Shown here: positions 11,475 to 24,085 of the stretch, piece by piece
How positions within the stretch are numbered: position 1 is the stretch's first letter
Layout: every line of letters starts with the position of its first letter
DNA from: Chiloscyllium plagiosum
Lineage: Eukaryota
NCBI RefSeq assembly: GCF_004010195.1
Contig: NC_057754.1
Span: 4,239,937 to 4,303,936 of the forward strand
DNA length: 64,000 bases
Reading direction: 5' to 3'
The notes under the pieces: model-generated
Told to the model about the DNA's origin: nothing
Seen by the model: the letters and a program-made list of their open reading frames with translations, nothing else
Databases searched by the model: none
Translations under genes and position numbers: made by a program

Positions 11475-11830
11475 GCAGCCTCACATCACCAGGGACCTGG
11501 GTTCGATTCCACCCTCAGGCGACTGTCTGTGTGGAGTTTGCACATTTTCCCTGTGCCTGTGTGGGGGTTCCTCCGGGTGCTCCGGTTTCCTCCCACAGTC
11601 CAAAGATGTGCAGGTTAGGGTGGATTGGCCGTCCTAAATTGTCCCATAGTGCCCAGGGGTGTGCAGGTTAGGGTGGATTGTCCGTGCTAAATTGTCCCAT
11701 AGTGTCCAGGGATGTGCAGGTTAGGGTGGATTGTCCGTGTTAAATTGCCCCATAGTGCCCAGGGATGCGTAGGTTACGAGGATTAGCCATGGGAAATGCA
11801 GTGTGATAGGGGATGTGGGGATTCTATGAT
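11475..11830 (+). mobile_element. HE1-like V-SINE with internal 53-bp tandem expansion
   Basis: B box ggttcgattcc, V-domain, and gatgtgcaggttagggtggattg... repeated from 11605 with 53-bp period. Confidence 0.88.
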
Positions 11831-11884
11831 TCCTGTGATTTCAGCTAAATGACTAGCAAGATAGTGTTGTAGAATAGTGGGCCC

Positions 11885-12543
11885 TAGAGGTTCAGGTACA
11901 TAACGCTTTGAAGTTTGCATCACAAATAGACGGTTAAGAAGGTGTTTAGCACGCTTGACTTCATTGCTCAGTTCTTTGGGTATAGGAGTTGGGATTTTAT
12001 GTTGAGGATGTACAGGATGTTGGTGAGGCCTCGTCTGGCGTACTGTGTCCAGTTCTGGTCACCCTTTTATGGGAAGGATGTTGATAAGCTGGAGAGGGTT
12101 CAGAAGAGATTTACCAGGATGTTGCTGGGAATGGAGGGTTTGGGTTACAAGGGGAGGCTGGGACTTTTTTCACTGGAGCGTAGGAGGTTGAGGGGTGACC
12201 TTAAAGACGTTTATAAAATCATGAGGGGAATATATAAGGTGAATAGCAGGTGTCTTTTCCCTAGAGTGGGGGGGTTTCAAGACTAGGGAGCATATTTTTA
12301 AGGTGAGAGGAGAAAGATGTAAAAAGGTCATGGGGGCAATGTTCTTCCAGAGCGTGGTTAGTGTGTGTAATGAATGTAGGTACAGCTCCAACATTTAAAA
12401 ACATTTAGGTAAGTTCATGAATAGGAAAGGGTTTAGAGGGATATGGGCCGGGAGCAGGCAGGTGGGACTGGTGTAGTTTGAGATTACGGTTGGCATGGAA
12501 CTGGTTGGGCCGAAGAGTCTGTGTCCATGCTGTATGATTCTAT
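11885..12543 (+). mobile_element. CR1 LINE 3' fragment
   Basis: MLVRPRLAYCVQFWSP...LFSLERRRLRGDL and 3' tail. Confidence 0.9.
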
Positions 12544-12659
12544 ACCTGAGCTAAGATATTAGCTCATTTATCTTTTACGACAACCATACAGGGGAAGGAT
12601 CCAGGTGCAGGGTCATACAGAGAGAAGAGGCCCATAGCAGCAGAGGAACTGTCCCTAGC

Positions 12660-12975
12660 TGTGTCCAACACCTTCCAAACACATAACAGCTCTCACCGAG
12701 AAGGACATAGGCAGCAAATGCATGAATACATCACTCCCTGCAAATTCCCTGACAAGACACTCACCATCTTGACTTGGAGCTCCATCACCATTCCTCCACT
12801 ATCATCGAGTCAAAAATCTTGGAACTCTTTTCATACCGACATTATGGGTGTCCCTACCTCCTGCAGGATTGCAACGGTTCAAGAGGGCAGCTCAACACAG
12901 CCTTCTCTAGGGCTATCAGGGCTGGGTGATAAATATTGGCCAGGCCAGCAACGCCCCCTACCCCACAAACAAATA
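12660..12975 (+). mobile_element. 3' end of a second LINE family whose tail matches the SacSINE-like tail
   Basis: tggaactc...gcaacggttcaagagggcagctca...ataaatattggcc; related copies near 31950-32540 (-), 42350-42500 and 51140-51420. Confidence 0.55.
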
Positions 12976-13380
12976 ATGAGAGTGAGGAGAAAGCAGAAGG
13001 ACGAGGTGGTGTCAGAGAGGAAAACGTGATACAAGGCTGTTGACAACATGAAGTTAAGGAACCCAAATTAAGCAATAAGTGAGCTAGGTCAGCACTTAAG
13101 ATCTTAAGGTTCTTAGAATGAGACATGAACAGAAGAAAATAGCATTGGGTAAAAGCATGGACATTTGACAAAAGGAGATTGATAACAGCCATGCCAACGA
13201 GACAAGACCCCCTCAAAATATTTTAAGAAGGTAGCCTAGACCCTAATTTTCTCTTGTTTTGAAGGAACATGTAAAGTGTCAACATGACAGGTCAAACTAT
13301 TTGATGTTAAGCAAAACACAATTTATTTAAACACTGTAGTTAAAATACAACCAAAGAAAGGGGAACTTAAAATAACAACT

Positions 13381-13586
13381 GTAGTCACTTCTTCTATAAC
13401 GTGATGGGTACATTCTCATGCAACCCTGCATTATAGAAAAATCGTGCTTTAGAAACAGCGTTTAACGTGTTGGTGATGTAATCGCGTTACAGCCAATACA
13501 TGTTTTATAAGTTCACACTGTAGAAAAACCACCCCCAATTCATCAACCGTGTTGATGAAATAAGTGTTATAACGGAACGACCTGTA
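13381..13586. mobile_element. Tc1/mariner-type MITE, degenerate, nested in an older repeat
   Basis: Ends ttcttctataac ... gttataacggaacgacctgTA resemble the TIRs of 44136-45122. Confidence 0.55.
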
Positions 13587-14789
13587 TTGGAAAACTTAAC
13601 AGAATAATAGATACAGTAACTAATACTAATTAACTGTTCCAATTTAGTAAAATCCCATTAACACACCCTTTGGCAAAAAAAGAAAATTCAGACACAGAAT
13701 CTCACATGCAGTTCTCCAATCCAGGTGGAAAAAAACATCAAGAGAAAGTTCAGAGGGGGAAGCAGCCTGGAGAAATTCACTGAAGCTTCTCGCTCTGTTG
13801 AGACCCAATAGCTTCTGCTTAAAGCTAAACCTAAAACCTAAAACAAACCTGGAGAGCTGGCCACATCCAGGCTACTTCTATTGTCCCAACTTTTAAAAAA
13901 CCTAAAGGTCTCACAAGTTGTTTACGTTCTGATAGACAGCTCAGTAACTCTGCCTTACAACCTCTCTTCAAAAAAACCAAGACAAAGTAACCTCTTGAAA
14001 GTCTGACCAAGAGGTTTTAGCATGGACTTCACTGAGGACTGAGTTACCATTAGGACATTTTTGGGACAAAGGAGTTCACTCTTTCTTTCTTTGTGTTGTG
14101 ATTGTTCCATTAGTTTTTATCTCCGATAATGTAGCCTGTGTTTTTCTTTTGAGTTTTATGATCTTTTGTTAACTGTACATTGGCAGTCTCCTGCAAATAT
14201 GGTCCGTGACTGCTCGCCACAAGAAACAAAAAGGATAATTAAAACTTATGGTCTCTCAGGCCAAATCTCTCTCTGACCTGTCCTGTGTTACCATCAGGAG
14301 GATCATACCAAATTGCTGCATTTTTCAGGTTTCAGCCTCTCAATTTGAATTTATTAAGAAACAAGATTGTACAGAAGGTAAGGCAAATGGTAAATCCTCT
14401 ATATTTCTGTGCTTTATTTCGGAATATAGGAAACTAGTGCAGGAGAAGGCTGTTCAGCCTCAAGCCTGTTCCACCATTCCACTTCACATGACCTGGTGGA
14501 CCATCTATCTCAAAGCTATGTTCCTGCATTACCCCTCCACCAAACCGGAGATATTTTTAAGAGCGGAAAGTAACTGAACTCGAGGATAGGGGATTTTCAG
14601 ACTGCAGCTTTGCGAGACTAAGTGGGAACGCGGTGTTAGGGAATAAACAGAGCGAACACAAGATGGAACTTGGTTGGGGTTACATGGGGCAACTGAACTT
14701 TGGATGACCTTGGGGAATGGTATCAGGACACTAGCACTAACCAGGATATTGCCACTGAAAATATTGTAATAGTTGAAGTTACTGTAATT

Positions 14790-15122
14790 GTAGAATCCCT
14801 ACAGTGTGGAAGCAGGCCATCTGGGTCCACACCTGCTCTCCAAAGAGAATCCCACCCAGACCCCACACGCCTACCTAATCCTTGCACTTCCCATGGCTAA
14901 CTCACCCAGCCTGCACACACGGATCAAGTTAGCACGGACAATCCACCCTAACCCACACATCTTTGGACTGTGGGAGGAAACCAGAGCACTCAGAGAAAAC
15001 CCACGCAGATCTGGGAAGAGTGTGCAAACTCCACGCGGATAATTGCCCAAGGGTGGGATCGAACCCGGATCCCTGGTGCTGTGAGGCAGCAATGCTAACC
15101 ACTGAGCCACCTTACTGCCCAC
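14790..15122 (-). mobile_element. HE1-like V-SINE
   Basis: tRNA head, V-domain and tail on the minus strand. Confidence 0.88.
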
Positions 15123-15275
15123 ATCACTGGCAACATTTTGATTTGGAATGACGAGGCCCCATCCTGAAGAAGATCCTTTTGCTGCTCTGAGCTGTTGTAC
15201 TATTTGAGATGGATCCTAAGGCGAACATGCCCTACCCCGAACCCAACAAGATTTAGCAAGGAAAGGGTTACTTAC

Positions 15276-15362
15276 CGATGACTTGGGAAGGGCCAAACTC
15301 CATGGGCTGAGGCGGGGCAGGTACCTTAATTGCAGGGGTTGTAGGTCGTGTTTCCAATTCTA
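15276..15362 (-). CDS. LTBP3: LTBP3 exon ~11, Pro-rich hinge (VELETRPTTPAIKVPAPPQPMEFGPSQVI)
   Basis: ttcccag|TA GAA ... ATC G|gtaagt; 87 nt, phase 1-1; ends in a motif like the LTBP 'EIAPTQVT'. Confidence 0.87.
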
Positions 15363-15535
15363 CTGGGAAGGGAGAAAGCAAAACAAAAGGTTGAACTTTG
15401 TGGTGCTGGCATAGAGTCACATCTCAACTATCACAGAGAGACAAGAAAAGCAGTTTAATTCCCATTCTTTCATCTTCAAACCAGCTTGGACTAATCAGAA
15501 CAAATTCTCATCTCCCCTTTGGTTCTATCAGCTAG

Positions 15536-16100
15536 AACAGTGTAGAGGGAGGTTTACTCCGTGTCTAACCCCGTGCTGTCCCTGTCCTGGGGGTGTTTGA
15601 TGGGGGGACAGTGTAGAGAGAGCTTTACTCTGTGTCTAACCCCGTGCTGTCCCTGTCCTGGGAGTGTTTGATGGGGGACAGTGTAGAAAGACCTTTACTC
15701 TGTATCTAACCCCGCACTGTCCCTCTCCTGGGAGTGTTTGATGGGGAACAGTGTAGATGGAGCTTTACTCTGTATCTAACCGCATGCTGTCCCTGTCCTG
15801 GAAGTGTTTGATGGGGAACAGTGTAGAGGGAGCTTTACTCTGTATCTAACCTCATGCTGACCCTGTCCTGGAAGTGTTTGATGGGGAACAGTGTAGAGAG
15901 AGCTTTACTCTGTATCTAACCCCATGCTGACCCTGTCCTGGAAGTGTTTGATGGGGAACAGTGTAGAGAGAGGTTTATTTTGTATCTAACCCCATGCTGA
16001 CCCTGTCCTGGAAGTGTTTGATGGGGAACAGTGTAGAGAGAGGTTTATTTTGTATTTAACCCCATGCTGTCCCTGTCATGAAAGTATTCAATGGGATATT
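15536..16100. repeat. 70-bp minisatellite, about 8 copies, same unit as 3305-4230
   Basis: agctttactc recurs at 15761, 15831 and 15901. Confidence 0.95.
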
Positions 16101-16263
16101 GTATTACACTGGCTGACATAGTTCACTCAGCATGGAGTGCGACTTGTATCTAAAACTGCCCAGGTTTCAGTAGCATTGAGTGCTGCCTTTGTTCATGAGA
16201 CCACCATCTGACCAACATCAAGGGACCAGTCTATCCCCTCTGCAATAAGCAGTCAATACTCAC

Positions 16264-16333
16264 CCGGAAATCTTGATGCAAAGGGGATGAAACTGGCTGA
16301 GAACGCTTCCTCCCTGAGACTGAAAGTGGGTAA
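16264..16333 (-). CDS. LTBP3: LTBP3 exon ~10, hinge (LPTFSLREEAFSASFIPFASRFP)
   Basis: Pyrimidine tract then gagcag|TTA, donor CCG G|gtgagt; 70 nt (73 if the upstream GAG is used), phase 0-1. Sequence similarity is low, so support is from splice sites and phase. Confidence 0.75.
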
Positions 16334-16644
16334 CTGCTCGATGAAAAGAGAGAAAACCAATCTTTATAAAATCAGCACAAGTTAGTACCCAGCATGAATT
16401 AGTGAATCATGCAAGTTGCCGTCTTCTGACTGGACATACATTATGGCCTTCACTTCCAGTCCATCCTTCCTGAAAATATTGTTTCTATGGATACAGTGGA
16501 ACCCACTCAATGTGGAGGTTGATGAATAATCACAGTACCACAGTGTTGTCACGGTACAGAACGAGGCCATTCAGCTCATCATTTCTGCACTGGTTCTCTG
16601 ACCATTTTGATTTTGTATGGATTCCCTGAAAACCTGAGTCACAG

Positions 16645-17225
16645 TTGTAGAGTCATGGAGATGTGCAAACACAGAAACAGACCCTTTGGTCCAAATCACC
16701 CATGCCAACCAGATATCTTAAATTCATCTAGTCCCATTTGCCAGTATTTAGCCCATATCCCTCTAAACCCTTCCTATTCATATATCCATCCAGATGCCTT
16801 TTAAATGTTGTAATTGTACCAGCCTCCACCACTTCCTCTGGCAGCTCATTCCATTCACGCACCACCCTCTGCATAAAAACTTTGCCTCTTAGGTCCCTTT
16901 TAAATCGTTCCTCTCTCACATTAAACCTATGCCCTCTAGTTTTGGACTCCTCTATCCTGGGGAAAAGACCTTGTGTATTTAATCAATCCATGTCCCTCAT
17001 GATTTTATAAACCTCTATAAGTTCTCTCCTCAGCCTCCAATGCTCCAGGGAGACTGAGGGGAAACTTGATAGAAGTTAAATACATGCTCCTTAGTTTCAA
17101 ACATTTCAACTCTGGGTAAAAGATTCTGACCATCAACCCTATCTATGCACCTCATAATTTTATAGACTTCTACCAAGTTTCTTCTCAGCCTCCACTCTCC
17201 AGAGAAAATGACCTTTTTCTAGCCT
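16645..17225 (-). mobile_element. CR1 LINE 3' fragments (two pieces)
   Basis: Minus-strand ERFKRDLRGKVFMQRVVREWNELPEEVVEAGTITTFKRHLD. Confidence 0.88.
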
Positions 17226-17237
17226 CTCCACTTTCTT

Positions 17238-18135
17238 TGTACACAATCCCAATGGACCAAAACGCCTTCCCTTTGACTCCCATTATACACAATCCCAATG
17301 GACCCAAACCCCATCCCATTCACTCCCACTGTACACAATCCCAATGGACCCAACTCCTTCCCATTCACTCCCATTATACACAATCCCAATGGACCCAAAC
17401 CCCTTCCCATTCACTCCCACTGTACACAACCCCAATGGACCCAAACGCCTTCCCATTCACTCCCACTGTACGCAATCCCAATGGTCCCAAACCCCTTCCC
17501 ATTCACTCCCATTGTACACAATCCCAATGGATCTAAACCCCTCCCCATTCACTCTCATTGTACACAATCCCAATGGACCAAAACCCTTTCCCATTCACTC
17601 CCATTGTACACAATCCCAATGGATCTAAACCCCTCCCCATTCACTCTCATTATACACAATCCCAATGGACCCAAATCTCCCCATTCACTCTCATTATACA
17701 CAATCCCAATGGACCCAAATCCCTTCCCATTCACTCCCATTATACACAATCCCAATGGACCCAAACCCCATCCCATTCACTCCCACTGTACACAATCCCA
17801 ATGGACCCAACCCCTTCCCATTCACTCCCACTGTACACAACCCCAATGGACCCAAACGCCTTCCCATTCACTCCCACTGTACGCAATCCCAATGGTCCCA
17901 AACCCTTTCCCATTCACTCCCATTGTACACAATCCCAATGGATCTAAACCCCTCCCCATTCACTCTCATTATACACAATCCCAATGGACCCAAATCCCTT
18001 CCCATTCACTCCCATTGTACACAATCCCAATGGACCAAAACCCTTTCCCATTCACTCCCATTGTACACAATCCCAATGGACCAAAGCCCTTTCCCATTCA
18101 CTCCCAATGGATTAAAATCTCTTCCCATTCACTCC
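17238..18135. repeat. 46-bp minisatellite, about 19 copies
   Basis: Unit tgtacacaatcccaatggacccaaaccccttcccattcactcccat; source of the repetitive ORFs in this region. Confidence 0.95.
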
Positions 18136-18799
18136 AGCTGCTGCTAGGATTGGGGTTAGAGAGTCAGAGTCAGAGAGGTGTACAGCATGGAAACAGACCC
18201 GTCAGTCCAACTCGTCCATACCAGGTTGATGCTGAATCCAAATGGATTAAATTCCTTCCATTTTGGGCTGACTGGTTTGGCTTGGAATGATTTAAAGTGG
18301 GATAATTGAAAGGCAATCTGTGCTTGCAGCTCCTGGGATCCCAGTCTCATGTTGATGGCTCTTGTTGCCAACCAGCTCCCTGAAACACCTCAGGATGACA
18401 GTCACCTCTGGCCTTTCCTCCCTCTTTGCTCCAGAACCTCGCCCCGGCACGCTCACATCAAACCAGTGATGGAGAGGAGGGAGGTGTTCAAACACTCGCT
18501 CTCCGTGGTGCTGAACGGTCCAGCATTTCCCAGGATTTGGACTCTTCCCACATTCAATCTTTCCTTCCTAACCATTGCCAGCTACCTTCATGGATTCTTA
18601 TCACTTTGCCAAAGAACCTCTGTTGCTGTATGAGCACCTGTTCACTGCACTGGCATCAGATCTGAGCTCATTCAATGTTCTGCTGACTGTATGCTCACTC
18701 ACACCAAGCCTCGTTCAAATATCACTCTTCCCTCCCTCCACCAACTTCACCCATGCCTCAAGTTTCAGATTCACATTCTTGTTTTCAATTTCCTCCTTG

Positions 18800-19135
18800 G
18801 CTACACCCCCTCCGTATCTTTGTCACCTCCTCCAGTCCCTACACCCCTCTCCCCATCTCTGTAACCCCCTCCACCCCTATCCCTATCTCTNNNNNNNNNN
18901 NNNNNNNNNNNNNNNNNNNNNNNNNNNNNNNNNNNNNNNNNNNNNNNNNNNNNNNNNNNNNNNNNNNNNNNNNNNNNNNNNNNNNNNNNNNNNNNNATCC
19001 CTATACCCTCTCCCTATCTCTGTCACCCTCTCCAGCCCCCTACACCACGTCCCGATCTCTGTCACCTCCTCCAGCCCCTACACCTCCCCCCATCTCTGTC
19101 ACCTTTTCCCACCCTTACAACCCTTGTTATCTTTG
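18800..19135. repeat. C/T-rich degenerate tandem repeat spanning an assembly gap (N 18891-18996)
   Basis: Repeated atctctgtcacc..tccagcccctacacc motif on both sides of 106 Ns. Confidence 0.8.
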
Positions 19136-19846
19136 AATCCTTCTCTTCCTCCTATAAGCCTCTGAGATTTCTGTTCTCCTCCCAAATCTGGCCTCTTGTT
19201 CACTGGTACCCCTCCATTTCCCAACTTTGGGAGCTGTGCCTTCAGGCGCCTGTGCCCTACGCCCTGGAATTATCACATAAATCCCTCGGCCCTGCCATTC
19301 TCCCTTCAGATGCTCCTTCAAACCAACCTTCTGGTCCAAGTCTTCACATTACTTTGTATGTCATGCTTATCAAAGGGGTTATATAAATTCAAGTTGTCGT
19401 TGTTGTTCAACCCTCGGACAATGATGAGAAGTGGGAGGACAGATAAAGAAGAAATGGAAGAGAGAGAAAGGAACAGGAAATGAGAGAAGGAAAGGTAAAG
19501 GGAATATGGGAATGATAGAGGAAAGAACAGATGGAATGAGAAAGTGAGGGAAAAGAGGGACCTGAAGACTTGAGAGAGAATGAAAGATTGAGAGAGAAAA
19601 AGGATGAGAGAGAAAGAGATTTATAAACCGAGATCCAGGCCTCCGGCTAGTGCAAGGCTGATGAAAAGTGACCTTCTTGCTTCAGTTTCCATGGTGACCT
19701 GGCTATCATGTTTGGAACCGAGGTTCATGTCATGTTCATGAATTTCTGAATCCAACTCTTGATCCTTCACTAATTTACCGTCCCGACTGCAAGCAAGTGA
19801 ACGCAGAGGCAAGTAACAGGAAATATTTCACAGACTTTCTACTCAC

Positions 19847-19863
19847 CATCGCAACTGTGGAAG
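19847..19863 (-). CDS. LTBP3: LTBP3 17-nt micro-exon ~9 (ASTVAM)
   Basis: Strong acceptor tctctcttcttcctcttgtag|CT and donor ATG|gtgagt; phase 1-0, exactly what is needed to bridge the flanking exons. Confidence 0.8.
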
Positions 19864-19887
19864 CTACAAGAGGAAGAAGAGAGACAC

Positions 19888-21235
19888 TGTCACTACAGAT
19901 TAAAGACAGGCATCGTTACTATAGGCTATAGACAGGCACAGTTACTACAGGCTATAGACAGGCACCGTTACTATTGGCTAAAGACAGGCACAGTTACTAC
20001 GGGCTATAGACAGGCACAGTTACTACAGGCTATAGACAGGCACAGTTACTACAGGCTAAAGACAGACACAGTTACTACAGGCGATAGACAGGCACAGTTA
20101 CTACAGGCTATAGACAGGCACAGTTACTACAGGCTAAAGACAGACACAGTTACTACAGGCTATAGACAGGCACAGTTACTACAGGCTAAAGACAGACACA
20201 GTTACTATAGATTAAAGCCAGACACAATTATTACAGGCTAAACACAGGCTAAAGATAGGTGCAATTACTACAAGCTAAAGACAGATGCAGTTACTGCAGT
20301 TAAGAGACAGGCATGGTTACTACAGGTTACATACAGGCAGAGTTACTACAGGCTAAAGCCAGGTGCATTTACTACAGGCTAAAGACAAACACAGTTACTA
20401 CAGGTTAAATACAGGCAGAGTTACTACAGGCTAAGGACAGGTGCAGTTACTACAGTCTAAATACAGACACAGTTACTGCAGTTAAAGATAGGCACAGTAA
20501 CTACAGGCTAAAGACAGATGCAGTTACTACAGGCTGAAGACAGATACATTCACTGCAGATTAGAGCCAGACACAGTTACGACAGGTTAAATACAGGCATT
20601 GTTACTACAGGCTAAAGACAGATAGTTACTACAGGCTAAAGAGAGACACAGTTACTACAGGCTAAAGACAGATACAGTTACTACAGGCTAAAGACAGATA
20701 CAGTTGCTACAGGCTAAAGACAGACACAGTTACTGCAGTTAGAGGCAGGCACAGTTACTACAGGTTAAAGACATGCACAGTTGCTACAGGCTAGGGACAG
20801 ACATGGTTACTACATGCTAAAGATAGGCACATTTACTACAGATTAAAGACAGGCACAGTTACTACAGGCTAAAGACAGACACAGTTACAACAGGCTAAAG
20901 ACTGACACAGTTACTGCTGAATAAAGACAGGCACAATTACAACAGGCTAAAGACAGGTACACCTACTACAGAATAAAGACAGGCACCGTTACTACAGGCT
21001 AAAGACAGGTATACTTACTACAGAATAAAGACAGGCTCCATTACTACAGGCTAAAGACAGGTATACTTACTACAGATTAAAGACAGGCTCCATTACTACA
21101 TGCTAACGACAGATGCAGTTACTACAGGCTAGATTCAGACACAGTTACTACAGGTTGGATACAAGTAGAGTTACCTCAATCTAGGTTAAAATACTACATT
21201 TTAATAATTACTACAGACAAGAGACAGGCTCAGTT
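19888..21235. repeat. 26-bp minisatellite, about 50 copies
   Basis: Unit cagttactacaggctaaagacaggca. Confidence 0.95.
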
Positions 21236-21679
21236 CTTATAGTGCTATCACTGGGCATGCGGAATCACAGATACATCAGCCTGTCCCACTGCTGGGTGTG
21301 TGAGGGTACCATAGATATAGTTGGTTATCCCACCACGGTGTACATATGAAGCACTGACACTCCTAGCCTGTCTTGTCCTGGTGTTCTCCTGAGAACAGCC
21401 AGTGAACAGGATACAAATGGAGATCACAGTCCTTTATGGTGAGTAACTTAGAGTGAGATGCAGTTACCTTTCAGGTACATACCATGCCCTTGGTGTACCC
21501 ATTCTGGAAGAACACTCATTCAACACCACAAACATTGGAACTTAAGGTGAGGCACAGTTAGGAGACCTTAGATCCCATCTCACTGGTTCCTGAATTAAAT
21601 CTAACTTCACAACCTGCCTGGATTGAAATCTGAGATGTCCACTATTGCTGCTACACTGAGCCGAGACACACTGAATCCT

Positions 21680-21977
21680 GGCAGTGTAGAAGCAGGCCAT
21701 TCAGCCCATCAGGTCCACACCAACCCTCCAAAGAGTATCCCACCCCAGAACCAGATCCCTACACTCCTCCTATAACCCTGCATTTCCCATGGCTAGTCTG
21801 GACACCATGGGGTAACTTAGCATGGCCAATCCACCCTAACCTGCACCTCTTTGGTCTGTGGGAAGAAACCCACACAGACACCAGGAGAAGGTGCAAGCTC
21901 CAGACAGTCACCCGAGGCTGGAATTGAACCTGGGACCCTGGTGCTGTGAGGCAGCAGTGCTAACCACTGAGCCACCA
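21680..21977 (-). mobile_element. HE1-like V-SINE with partial deletions
   Basis: gtgctgtgaggcagcagtgctaaccactgagccacc is the reverse complement of the head. Confidence 0.85.
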
Positions 21978-22014
21978 GCGATGAAGCTCCAGAGATAGAT
22001 TGGTCAGTGTAGTC

Positions 22015-22385
22015 ATGGAGTCATACAGTATGGAAATAGACCCTTCAGTCCAAGCAGTCTGTGCCAACCATGATCCCGAACTAAACTAGAACCACCTGCC
22101 TGCTCCTGGCCCATATCCCTCCAAACCCTTTCCTATTCATGTCCTTATCCAAATGTCTTTTGAATGTTGTAACTGTCCCCATATCCACCACTTCCTCGCG
22201 AACCACCCTCTGCATAAAAAAGTTGCCTCTTACGTCTTTTTAAAATCTCTCATTTCTCACCTTAAAAATGTACCCCATCTTAAGATGTGCCAACCTTCCA
22301 AAGAAAAAGACAACTACCATTAACCCGATCTATACCCCTCATGGTTCTATAAGGTCACCTCTCGACCTCCTACGCTCCAGTGCAG
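22015..22385 (-). mobile_element. CR1 LINE 3' end close to the exon ~8 donor
   Basis: Reverse complement of LERRRSRGDLIE and CR1 tail. Confidence 0.85.
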
Positions 22386-22428
22386 AGGAAAGCTCTCACC
22401 CAGCAATACAATTACAGCTCTTACGAAC

Positions 22429-22620
22429 CCTCGACGTTATCCTTGGGATCTGCCTCAGGCGTGGCCGCGGGAGGCATAGTGACCGGCACTTGGACAATCC
22501 GGGCCTTGCCGTCAGGATCGATACGGAGCAGGATATTGCTGCCAGGCGGGATGCTGATCTTCTGGTGGGAGCTGGAGAAATGGTAACCCATTCCGGCCGG
22601 GCACGTCTCCTGGAATTCCG
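22429..22620 (-). CDS. LTBP3: LTBP3 exon ~8, end of TB domain and start of hinge (AEFQETCPAGMGYHFSSSHQKISIPPGSNILLRIDPDGK...DNVE)
   Basis: Acceptor tttaag|CG GAA TTC; the phase-compatible donor is GAG G|gttcgt, giving 192 nt, phase 1-1. The 3' boundary is inferred from phase. Confidence 0.85.
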
Positions 22621-23033
22621 CTTAAAGAGACAAGACGAGTCAAGGGTAAGGATTCGCAAGGATGGCAGATGTCAAAACAGACGCTAGTCCAATCCAGGGC
22701 CGGTTCCGCGGAAAATGGCAGGAAGGACATTGGGATGTTTTGGGAGTGGTTGGAGCCAATGCCACTGCAAGGGAAACTTAAATAACCATTTGAAGGGTGA
22801 GGTAGAGAGAGGAAGTGGAAATAGTTTGTGTCATGGTCACACCAAGTGACTCCTCACCTGTGAATTGTAGAAAGCTCCTTTAGCTCCCTTTGTGCTTTTG
22901 AATATTTCAATTTAAAGTAAACCAACAGCTCAGCTTTATGCCTTAAACAATATAAAGGCTAGATTCTTACGCAACGGTTGCTGCAAGTTGTTAAGTAAAA
23001 CATGATACAGTTACGAGCTAAAATATGGATACA

Positions 23034-24085
23034 TGTAGAGTACTACGACCAATGGGGGTATCCTCCATCAGTACTATTTATCAGTTACTACATGATGAAG
23101 TCTCGGGAGATATGGACAATCTGCTTAAAACATGGGATCAGGAATTGGGACTAGAAATCTCTATAGAAACGTGGAATGACATTTGGGAAAATGCCAGAAG
23201 AATCACCATCTGTAACAGAACTCAGGCTATCCAGCTGAAGATGCTTCATAGGGCCCATATAGCACCGGATCGATTGGCAAAATTTAAGGCAGGAGCATCT
23301 CCAATGTGTCCCAAATGTAAAATAGAGGTGGGCACTCTTGTACATTGCCTATGGACCTGTCATAAGATCCGTAAATACTGGACTGAAGTAGCAAGTGCTC
23401 TGACAGAAATTTTAGGAACAGAAATTAAAGTGGACCCCGTATCTCTCCTTTTGGGCTTTTCGAACTTATCCTCCCTGGATATGCACAGGAAGAGACTATT
23501 TTCTATTCTCTCTTTCTGTGCAAAGAAAAATATTTTGGTAAACTGGGTGGCTGAGAGCCCCCCTGGACTTTCAAATTGGCACAGATTAATTATGGAATGT
23601 ATTCCCCTTGACATCCTTACAAATATGGTGCACCGAAAAACCGAATTATTTTATAAAATATGGCAGCCCTTCTTGAATTATATAAATACAGATATTTCGG
23701 CTATCCTAACAAGGGCTTTTATTTAACTGAGATTGCAAACCTGGCTGGTCCGGGGCCCCTTGGGAGAGGAATCCCGCACGAATACGGGTTTTGTTACATT
23801 TGATGTTAACACATTCCGAGCGTGGATCTCACTACCCAATTTCTATGTTATCCATTGTTTTTTTTCTCTTTCTCTTATTTGAATAATGTAAGAGACTTAA
23901 TTATACACTCTGGTTAGTTGTAGGTTAGATTAGTAGTTTTTTTTCTCGGTATTTTTCTTTTGTTAAATTTTGGTTATTATTTATTTAAGATTTAATTGTA
24001 TATCAATGTTTGTACTTGAGAGTTTTGTTTATTTTTGTAATCTTGTAAAAATGTTAAATTTCTAATAAAAATATCTATTAAAAAA
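23034..24085 (+). mobile_element. 5'-truncated L1-clade LINE: ORF2 C-terminus with CCHC zinc knuckle, 3' UTR and A-tail
   Basis: Stop-free frame to 23726 with QLKMLHRAH...CPKCKIEVGTLVHCLWTC..I..YW...W.PF; T-rich UTR; AATAAA at 24064-69; direct repeat atggataca at 23025-33 and 24086-94. Confidence 0.92.

Noticed and set aside
17237..18290. Long Pro/His-rich ORFs (up to 330 aa)
   Set aside because: Translations of the 46-bp minisatellite, which lacks stops in several frames.
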